A stretch of DNA of 64,000 nt. Source: Octopus sinensis (Eukaryota). A program made the translations under genes and the position numbers. The stretch covers positions 8,184,001 to 8,248,000 of the forward strand of contig NC_043004.1 in the NCBI RefSeq assembly GCF_006345805.1, given 5' to 3'. A model generated the notes under the pieces. The model was given only the letters and a program-made list of their open reading frames with translations. It did no database searches and was not told the DNA's origin. This document shows, one piece after another, positions 53,961-64,000 of this stretch. Within the stretch, counting starts at the first letter, position 1; the number at the start of each line of letters is the position of its first letter.

Positions 53961-55208
53961 TACAAAACAGCAGAAGAGTTTACGTTTGCCTAAGCATATG
54001 GTTCTCCTTTATACATAAAAAGATGGAATATAAACGTACTAGCTCACTTTAGTTTATGGCTAGTACTTATCGACTCTGAAAGGTTGAAACGCAAAGTCAA
54101 TAAAAGATTACATGGAAACATAATGAAATAAAGTACAAGCTCTATGTTACGTTGATGTTCGCTTCTTTACTATCTCGGTCAACCTAATCACTCTACATTT
54201 CAGCGAAGTGGTTCAGAGCCGAGGCAGACTTACACAAGAGAAATACTTGATATGCGATATTAAGTTCGTTTCGGCTTACAGAAATTACGTTGGAACATGG
54301 CATAAACTAAACCAATACTTTTTGACCTGGACGTTAACCGCTCCTTGGAGGCATTATGAGCTCATAAAGAGGAAGCACATGTCAAAGGGATGCTATGGGG
54401 GAGCTGGATGTTTAAAATAGATTTTTTCTAGAAATATGATATTTAAATCAGGTTTAATACTTATATTTTAAACATATTAAAAAAAATTGTTGGGGTTAGA
54501 ATATGAGTAAGATACGGTGTTACCAGAGGGTAGAAACACGACTGAAGACGTACCGAGGTCCAATATGATTTCATGATACAAGTCTTGCCTTCTTTTGTAA
54601 TTTCCATAGAAATATAACTTAGAAAGTATTAATCTACACAAATAACTAAATACGAGCACACATTCTCTTTCACACATACAATCATGATGCGCACGCGCAG
54701 CTGTGACCTGGTATTGGTAATCATGTCAGCTGGTACAATATGTGAAGAATAAAGGCAAAAAGCTCCACGATCTTCCTTGACAGGGAGAGCGATTTGAGGA
54801 GAAATCCCTGTGCCGCACAGATAATGATTCGATCTGTCATCTCCAGGGATCCCGACTTTCAGTCCACAGAAGGTGTCCCATTTGTGTCATGACAAACTTC
54901 ACTATATTCTATGGTCGCTGTTGATTTAGTTGTGAGAAACAGGTACCAACATCTGCGGGGAAGTTAAAACTACAATAATGTAGCGTTCTATCCATGAGGT
55001 GTATCTCTCATCTATTTATTGCTGCAAAGTTAAATGCAGGATCAGGAATGGGTTCGGGCGATGTGACTCTCGAAAGAAAAAAACTTAGAAAATAATTGGG
55101 TAACATTGAAAAAGCTTACTGCTAATTTTACTGTTTATTCGATTCGTTCATTAATTCCATGCGTCGCTCAGTAATCCAATAGGCCTGGAAGAAATGAGGA
55201 AATAACTA

Positions 55209-55788
55209 ATATTCTTTTCTACTCTAGGCACAAGGCCCGAAATTTTGTGGGAGGGGGAGCCGTCGATTAGATCGATCCCAGTACGTAACTGGTAATTAAT
55301 TTATCGGCGCCGAAAAGTAAAGTCGACCTCGGCGGAATTTGAACTCAGAACGTAAAGACTGACGAAATATCGATTTCTTTACTACTCACAAGGGGCTAAA
55401 CACAAAGGGGACAAACAAGGACAGACGAACGGATTAAGTCGATTACATCGACCCCAGTGCGCAACTGGTACTTTTTTAATTGACCTCGAAAGGATGAAAG
55501 GCAAAGTCGACCTCAGCGGAATTTGAACTCAGAACGTAAAGACTGACGAAATATCTATTTCTTTCCTACCCACAAGGGGCTAAACACAGAGGGGAAAAAA
55601 AAAGGACAAACAAACAAATTAAGTCGATTACATCGACCCCAGTGCGTAACTGGTACTTATTTAATTGACCCCGAAAGGATGAAAGGCAAAGTCGACCTCG
55701 CGGAATTTGAACTCAGAACGTAGCGGCAAACGAAATACCGCTAAGCATTTTGCCCAGCATGCTCAAAACCCTGCCAGCTCCACACCTT
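55209..55788 (-). mobile_element. SINE family A with triplicated ~185-bp module
   Basis: gtcgacctc..cggaatttgaactcagaacgta at ~55322, ~55507 and ~55691. Confidence 0.9.
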
Positions 55789-56130
55789 AGGAAATAACTA
55801 ATCTTATGAATAAACGTAAGACATATTTTAGAAAGAGGGTGACGATAATGTTTACATTTGAAATGTGACCAGTTCAAGAGAAAACAAGGAGAGGAAAGCT
55901 GTAAGTGTTCATTCTTGGAAACAAATACAGACCGAAAATCTCTTATAATCTCTCGTATATCTGATATACATAACACACACACACACGCGCGCGCACATGT
56001 ATATACATCTACATAAACATATACACACATATATACATATATATATGCATTTACATGCATAAACCTATACATACATATATATACGTATATATATACATAT
56101 ACATATAAATACCTATACATATACATACAC

Positions 56131-56181
<51 letters not shown>

Positions 56182-56324
56182 ATTATATATATATATATAT
56201 GTATATGTATGTATATAAACACTTATCAGAAATTATCAACACAATATTAATTTAAGGGAACGCCTTTTCTTTCTTTTTTTTTATTAGGTACCAGTAAAGC
56301 TCGCTATGATCTGAGGAATTTACA

Positions 56325-56520
56325 GAATCATTAGTCCGTAGCAAAAAATGCTTAGTGGGTTTTTTCCGGCTTCACTTTCTGAGTTCAAATGTTGCCAAAA
56401 CGACTTTTGACTTTCATTCTTTAGGGGGCGATAAATTCAGTACCAGTTAAAAACTGAGGTCAATGCAGTCGACTAGTCCCCTCCCTCGAAATTTCAGGTC
56501 TTGTGCCTGTATTAGAAAAG

Positions 56521-56616
<96 letters not shown>
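56325..56616 (+). mobile_element. Diverged SINE A copy followed by a long (ATT)n tract
   Basis: ttctgagttcaaat...gtaccagtt...ttgtgcct...agaaaag then (ATT)n. Confidence 0.6.
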
Positions 56617-57113
56617 GTTGTTGTTGGAGGCGACGAACTGGTAGAATCGCTATTGTATCGGACAAAATACATATCAACATTTCTTCCGGCTCTTCACATT
56701 CTGTGCCACACGCTTTCCTTTACATACGAAGCATTTCCTCCAGCTTAACTTCCTCGAGAACGACATCCGATTCGGAAAACGTATGTTTATGAACAACTCT
56801 GATTAAATAATAAATAATAAAGATATTTGGAAAAAAAAACACACAAAACAAAACACAAAAAAACTCCAAATAAGTTGATCTTTTAACGTTTATACAAAGC
56901 CTACAATTTCGAGAGAGTTTAGGCAGCCTTAAGATTTAGATCAACCCAGTTCCCGTTCCTCACTTTATCGAACCTGCAAGGGGAAAACGAAACAAACTTC
57001 GGTAAAATCAGAAATCAAGATATAAATGGCGCTAACAGAAAGAGTTTTATTTGACGCTCCACTAATTCTGCCAATCGGCCGTGGAAAGAAAATTGATAGG
57101 TATTTAGAGGGTA

Positions 57114-57352
57114 AGGCGGCGAACTGGCAGAAACGTTAGCACACCGGGCGAAATACCTAGCGGTATTTCGTCTGCCGCTACGTTCTGAGTTCAAATTCCG
57201 CCGAGGTCAACTTTGCCTTTCTTCCTTTCAGGGTCGATTAAATAAGTACCAGTTACGCACTGGAGTCGATATAATCGACTTAATCCTTTTGTCTGTCCTT
57301 GTTTGTCCTCTCTGTGTTTAGCCCCTTGTAGGTAGTAAAGAAATAGGTATTT
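57114..57352 (+). mobile_element. SINE family A copy
   Basis: Head ggcggcgaactggcagaaacg, B box GAGTTCAAATT. Confidence 0.85.
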
Positions 57353-57596
57353 GCAGGGTGCGCCAAAGAACATTTATATCAGTTTCCCGATTTTCAGTCG
57401 TTGTTCTGTAGTGATTCCTTCCAAGAAGTGTACCACCCCTCCACCTGGTACTGTCAACTCGTCTACCTCGCCACCGACAACTTAAGACGATTTACAGTAT
57501 TCAATAAACCATGCGAATTGTATTCTTCTCTTCCGCAGTCGAGATTGGCTTGTTATGCGCGTTTATTGTCTTTTTCGTTTTAAATTATATACATAG

Positions 57597-57826
57597 GGTG
57601 AACTGGCAGAAACGTTAGCACGCCGGGCGAAATGCGTAGCCGTATTTCGCCTGCCGTTACGTTCTGAGTTCAAATTCCGCCGAGGTCAACTTTGCCTTTC
57701 ATCCTTTCGGGGTCGATAAATTAAGTACCAGTTACGCACTGGAGTCGATATAATCGACTTAATCTCTTTGTCTGTCCTTGTTTGTCCCCTCTATGTTTAG
57801 CCTCTTGTGGGCAATAAAGAAATAAT
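57597..57826 (+). mobile_element. SINE family A copy
   Basis: Near-identical to 57114-57352. Confidence 0.85.
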
Positions 57827-57989
57827 AGGGTGAACTGGCAGAATCCTTAATACACACACATACACACACACACTATAACGATAATGGACTCTCCCGTCGT
57901 TAGACGATGTATGAGGATTTCACAATTTCTTACCGAACAACCAGACAGATGATTTGTTTATAGTGATCAAATGTTTGTGTAGACGTAAG

Positions 57990-58183
57990 CTCATTCTCTC
58001 CATCAGATCGACATTACCTGTACAGGTGCACCATGTGCCACATGTCAGGTGACGAAATGATTGTAGAGCAACGTGAAATGAAGTGCTTTGCTCAAGAACA
58101 CAACGCAACGCCCGGTGTGGGAATTGAACCCATGATCCCGCAATCGTGAATGCAACACCTTAACCGCTAACCCATGCGCCTTC
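57990..58183 (-). mobile_element. SINE family C copy
   Basis: Head ggcgcatgggttagcggttaagg...gggttcaattccc. Confidence 0.75.
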
Positions 58184-58208
58184 ACAATATATGTATGTTT
58201 ATATATAT

Positions 58209-58294
<86 letters not shown>

Positions 58295-58314
58295 ACACAC
58301 ACACACACATATAC

Positions 58315-58475
58315 CATGGGTTTTCATACAATTTTCGGCTTCCAGATTCACTCAGGTGACATTGGTCATTCCGGGGCTATTGAAGAACACGCTTGCTCAA
58401 GATGCCGCGCAGTGGGGTCGAACCCGAAACTATGTGGCTGCAAACCGAGCGTCTTAACCACTCAGCTATGACCGC
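58315..58475 (-). mobile_element. Diverged SINE B-like head
   Basis: tagctgagtggttaag...gggttcgacccc...cttgagcaag. Confidence 0.55.
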
Positions 58476-58692
58476 TGTTAGTAATTGCTTCTAAACTTGG
58501 CACAAAAAAAAAAGAGAAATTCCTGTGGATGGAATCATTGATTCAACTAATCCTATAATTATTTTCTTTGCCCCGGGACGATGAAAGTGAAAGTGAACCT
58601 CGGTGAGATTTGAACTCTGGTTACAAACAGACGCAACTTATTGGCATTAGCAATTTTGTCCAAGCTTTTTGTTATCTGTGTTCCCAGATCAG

Positions 58693-59057
58693 AAATTTGG
58701 TGGGAAGGGAACAGCCAATTACATCGAGCTCAGGACTCGACTGCTGTTTCAATTTATTGGTCGTGAAGGGTTGAAAGGCGCAGTTGACATCCTTGTGATT
58801 CGAACTCAGAACATAAAGAACCTAAACAAATACCTATTTCTTTACTACTCACAAGGAGCTAAATACAGAGAGGACAGACAAACGGATTAAGTCGATTTCT
58901 TCGACCCCAGTACGAAACTGGTACTTATTTAATCGGCCCCGAAATGATGAAAGGCAAAGTCGACCTCAGCGGAATTTGAACTCAGAACGTAGCGGCAGAC
59001 GAAATACCGGTAGGCATTTCGCCCGGCGCGCTAACGTTTTTGCCAGCTCGCCGCCTA
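58693..59057 (-). mobile_element. SINE family A (young head plus older module)
   Basis: Family A core and head. Confidence 0.8.
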
Positions 59058-59647
59058 AACAAATACCACTAGAGGCCTATCAATCTAAAGGTTCTACCGA
59101 TATAACAGTCCTAAAAGACAATTATAACACTTTCGTAATTAACTGGAACGAAAGCCAATGTCTCATAGAAAACAATAAGTTGAATGGAAGGTCATAACCT
59201 GCAAAGGATAACGATTCCAGAGGGGGAGACGGGGGAGAATGAGGGGGTTGAAAGGGGTGGAGTGGAGCTTTAGTGACATTGAAACCTCTTTCGGTCTTGG
59301 CCCTGCAAATCCGAAATCGTTGCCGCAATACAAATAATTATCTTTACACAAAATGAAATATCAAACAGTAGAATTTAGCCAAATGTTTTAACGCTTTATT
59401 TTATTACGATTGAAAGAGTTGTCACATTGAAGAAAGTTTAATAACGACGGCCGAACCGATTAACAAATTTAGGCTTTAGATTCGCGGACTGAAAATTGTT
59501 CTTAAACTTCATTCTTTCATGATGAAGGAAAAGGTTAAAAGTTATTTTGACTGAGAGCATACCATAATTGCAATGACCCTTTACCGATCAATCTCATAAC
59601 TAGCAAAAAGTTTTTGGTGGACTGAGAACCTATGGGCTTTCTTTCTT

Positions 59648-59713
<66 letters not shown>

Positions 59714-60689
59714 CTGTTGTTGTTGTTGTCATTGTTTTGTCCGAAATTAGAGGTGATCAGAATGACCTCTAACGAAAGGCAAACCATCCACGACCATCCT
59801 GTCTTTTTACGACATAAGCGGCAGCATTTACCAATGCATCGTGTTGTTCAATCTTCAAGAGGCGCGATGTGTTTTGGCTCTTCTTTCGAAAATTTTTAGC
59901 TAGTTGAGATGTTGAAATTCTAAGTAGTATCCATGGAGTGCATCAGAAATACAAGATGAAAATTATCCTCACACCACCTAACTTATCCAATTTGACATCG
60001 TAAATATTTATAATCAAAGAAACCTTTCAAAAACCACCCTGTCTGAATTGAAACACAGAACGAGATGACGATCTCGAAATACAACGCCGTATAGACGCAC
60101 GTTTTGGTTTTTGTGCAACAATGCATCTGCTGTCTCTCAAGAACAATTAAACATCACCCCCTTACGGTTGTCCGATAATATTGTTACCTATTTGCTCAAG
60201 TTATCTCATGAGAAATAAATATATGATTTCATAAACATCAAACTCTTAATTTCCTCCATGGTGACGTCGAACGCTTCTCCATGTTTTTCACTGAGAAGCG
60301 TTCAACTTGCATAAGATCTCATAGCAGCCATAAAAACGTTTGAATTCAAAACAGAAAAAACAAACAGAAATAACTTCTTACTTCCTGGAGAGAACGATGA
60401 ACCTAATTTCAGATTTCCCCGCAACGTACAAAAAACAAACAACAAAAAGAAATACAACAAACAATTGAACTCCCAATCGGTGTTCGGGAATTGAAAAGAA
60501 TTTCATCATACAGACAAAATTCGTTAGAATGGTTTGCGATGTAACGGAATTTTACTCGTATGATTATATACGAATACATAAATTTATATATATATACGTG
60601 CATGTACATATACGTACACACACACTCACACACATATACATGAATATGTATATGCGTGTATGTATTCATATTTACTTACATACATACGC

Positions 60690-60767
<78 letters not shown>

Positions 60768-60773
60768 CGAAAC

Positions 60774-60885
60774 ATTGATGTTGACACCGCCTTGCAAGTC
60801 GATGCCTTTGATGATCTGCTCGAGACATTTGGTGAAAGGTTTTGGAGAGATCGCACCTCCTTGCTTCACTCCTTTCTCGACCGGC
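60774..60885 (-). pseudogene. Inverted 5' segment of the RTE LINE
   Basis: Minus: [37 protein letters not shown], the RT GVxQGDxISP motif region. Confidence 0.85.
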
Positions 60886-60886
60886 G

Positions 60887-61639
60887 CTCCGTTTCGCTGA
60901 TGACATCGTAATCATCGCTGAAACCACGGATCAGCTCCAGACCATGCTGACGGAGCTCGACATCAAAAGCTCTGCAAGTAGGTCTCAAGATGAACCGCAT
61001 GAAAACGAAGTTCATGCGGTCAGACAACGTACCAACAGGTCGAATGGTGATCGGCAGTGATGAAATAGAGGAGGTAAAGGAATATGTCTACTTGCAACAG
61101 GAAGTGAATATGTGCCAAGATATCGAAAAGGAGATCTCACAGAGAGTAAGGGCCGGATGGAAGGCGTTTAATGGCATAAGGGATGTGCTCAAGAGAAGGT
61201 TGGACAGGACCACCCGCGCCAACCTCATCAATAGCACAGTTCTACCTGCAATGTTATATGGTAGTGAAACAAGGGCTACAACAAACAGAGAAGAGCAGAG
61301 ACTGGTAACAGCTCAAATAACCTTGGAGAGGTCAATGCTTGGAATCTAGTTGAGAGAGAGCACATCAGTAGCGAGGTCATCAGAGAGAAGTCCAGCGTGA
61401 GGGATGTCATCGTCGAATATACACGCAGCAAGTTTAGATGGGCTCGACACGTCGCCCGGCTCACCGATAATCGGTGGACCCGCGCAGTTGTCGAGTGGTA
61501 CCAGCGTAAGCGGAAACGACCACTCGGAAGGCCTCCACTACGGCAGAGTTACGATTTTAGGAGGGTGATTGGGATCACGTGGATGAGGAAGGCGCGATCC
61601 AGAGATGAGTGGACAGCGTGCTGTGACCAGCGGTGACAA

Positions 61640-61640
<1 letters not shown>
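60887..61640 (+). mobile_element. RTE-clade LINE 3' part, decayed
   Basis: LRFADDIV...MNRMKTKFM...EYVYL...EISQRVRAGWKAF...VLPAMLYGSE...KFRWARHVARLTDNRWT...RPLGRP. Confidence 0.9.
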
Positions 61641-61701
<61 letters not shown>

Positions 61702-62058
61702 ATATGTATGTATATGTATATGTAGTTAAATATATATGCGTGAATACATGTGTATGTAATATAATATTACATATATAAACTACATATATAGTTTTATGTA
61801 TATATGTAGTTTATATATATATGTAGTTTATGTATATATATAGTTTTATGTATATATATAATTATAATAATATAATATAAAATGTAAATAGCTGTGCGTG
61901 CAAACTGAATAAAGAATCTGTGTTTAGTTGAAGTGATCCAATAAGTCATGAGTTGTTGAAGTTTCGCGCCCGAGTACATTTAATTAGGCGATTACCAGGG
62001 TAGAAAGCACGAAATTCTTGAGCATCTCATATATACATTAATTTCTTGTCTCATATAT

Positions 62059-62142
<84 letters not shown>

Positions 62143-62399
62143 ATATATATATATAAATTCTTGTCTCATATATATATATATATATACATTCTTGTCTCAT
62201 ATATATATACATATATACATTCTTGTCTAAGTGAGCAGGAATTGCAAACGCAATCCCTACTTCGGTTCTATATGAATGAACATATAGCAGGTTCTACACA
62301 CTTTTAACAAACGATTGTGTTTAACACTTCCTTATGTCAGAAAACATACAAATATTTTTTTGTGTCCGATTATGTATATTTCTTTGCACGGAGGCGCTT

Positions 62400-62530
62400 C
62401 TGCACATCTTGGGCATTGACATGAGTAATGATGCATCTTTCTACGCGCATATTAGTAAGTTAGCAATTATAATGCAGACGGCTGGCTAGATGGACCCTTA
62501 GAACTTTCAAAATAAGACAACAGGAAACCA
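62400..62530 (+). mobile_element. Fragment of the 6.1 kb LINE family
   Basis: tgggcattgacatgag.aatgatgcatcttt...aatgcagacggct matches 6128-6235. Confidence 0.8.
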
Positions 62531-62539
62531 AAATTGATG

Positions 62540-63070
62540 TTCGAATCGTTTCTTCCTAATTTCCATACGTTCTGCATTTAAGATATTCTACTTAATGGCA
62601 CGCTTTCGATGGTTTCTGGTATGAGGCAGTTAAGAATACACTTCAGTCTTTGATTCGAGTTATAGATTTCTTGACAAGGAGTGCGATGTTTACTTATATA
62701 TCTGCATCCTGTCCAGTTTTTTCTCTGTAAGAGATTCATTGTTCTCTATTTACCCTGTTCTCCTGTAGTTACATGATTAGCGTAGTTCTTAGCTTTTTTC
62801 ACCATGTAGCATTTTCTTACCCTTTCTCTGTTTCTCCGTTCGTCTCACAACCGCCATTTCTGCCTTGAATTCGTTGACTTCGTTTATGAAATTCTTTTAT
62901 TTTCTGTTTCGTTGCTATTTATATTTTTCCTTTATTGTTTACGAAATATTTTTTTCGTCAAACAGTCGGCATTTTATGACAGTTTCAACTTATAGAAATC
63001 TTTTTCCTTCCTGTATCCGCGTTAAACATAATCTTTCTCTGCCAGACTTTAGGTGGTCTACGAAATTTAG
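62540..63070 (-). mobile_element. Dong/R4 LINE fossil
   Basis: Minus: ERLCLTRIQEGKRFL and KCRTYGN*EETIR (zinc-knuckle relic). Confidence 0.5.
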
Positions 63071-63902
63071 TAATGATTAGTTTTTGTTTTGTTTCTCCAG
63101 TTAAAATATTAAGTAACTAAAACTTACAGCTGAGGCAGCTAAAGTACCAATACGTGTTACCTTATTTTTGCATTTCTTTTTGTTTTATACGTTAATCTAA
63201 TATGTTTTTTAATACTCTTTCCCACATTTCTTCATTTCTGTGGAATATTTTCATGGACAATGAAACAGTAATTGTTTAAATGAGTGTAGTATTTTGAAAA
63301 AAAAGGCATGTTTTCCAAGAACATACAATGGAAATGCAAACTGATATTTTAAAGTCTATATTGCTTTGTTTACTTTTTGCACATTTTTATGAAGCTCAGC
63401 CTGAAAGTTTTCCTGGGATTCAATAATTCTGTGTCAATTTATGCACCAACGGAAAAATCACAAAATTTTTTAAAGCAATTTATTTCAAGTATAATTGATT
63501 CATGTGTTACCTGAGTACTACTGCTAACACATACGCTCACACACACACACAACGTACACACAGCGAGCGCACGCGCGCGTGTGTGTGGAGGCAATTATGC
63601 AAGACATTACCGAAAGGACATGACTGTATTGTTGTTCTCATCCATGTCTACTCCATGGTATTTCATTTGTCCCCTGCAAATTGATAAAACAATTGTAATC
63701 CATGGAATAAATGTATTACCAGCTACTCCATCCCTGGCTTGTATATATATATATAATATGAGGGAATATTATTCCAAACTTACAGGGAAAAATTCAATTT
63801 AGAAATACTAAATCAAATTTCACAAAATATAATATAATATATATATATTTGTATATATATATATACATACATACATACATATATATATATATATATTATA
63901 TA

Positions 63903-63940
<38 letters not shown>

Positions 63941-64000
63941 CAATAATATGTTACTTTACTCGGTAGTCAAGATAAAACTCTGAGTTTCAGATGCCGAAGA

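Noticed and set aside
54700-54960. GC-richer patch with PDFQSTE resembling the Tc1 SPDLNPIE motif
   Set aside because: Single weak motif with no supporting context
61955-62000. Minus-strand CTGGTAA-cgcct/gggcg-GAAAC possible HHR relic
   Set aside because: Two core changes and no stems I/III

Overview
AT-rich, microsatellite-saturated eukaryotic non-coding DNA. The SINE and LINE repertoire looks like an octopus (coleoid cephalopod) genome; this is an inference. No host protein-coding exon could be supported, and most ORFs in the track are microsatellite translations. The window holds decayed mobile elements: four tRNA-derived SINE families, CR1/L2-group, RTE, L1/Tx1 and Dong/R4 LINE fragments, Tc1/mariner remnants and several Penelope-like elements (PLEs). 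Read by eye, it contains about 11 minimal type-I hammerhead ribozyme (HHR) motifs or relics of the PLE pseudo-LTR (pLTR) kind, from several families. These include U3-A8 covariant cores and one with a ~98-nt stem II. The most notable element is a PLE at ~7.8-10.5 kb: a 5' HHR, then a decayed ~400-codon ORF1 ending just past an in-register U_UUU_UUA slippery heptamer, with the RT frame opening in the -1 frame without an ATG. This suggests a gag-pol-like frameshift architecture. Also seen: a PLE 3' end with a tRNA-derived segment upstream of an HHR relic, two 5'-inverted retroelement copies, a LINE/SINE shared 3' tail, a (TAA)n insertion hotspot and several local fold-back duplications.
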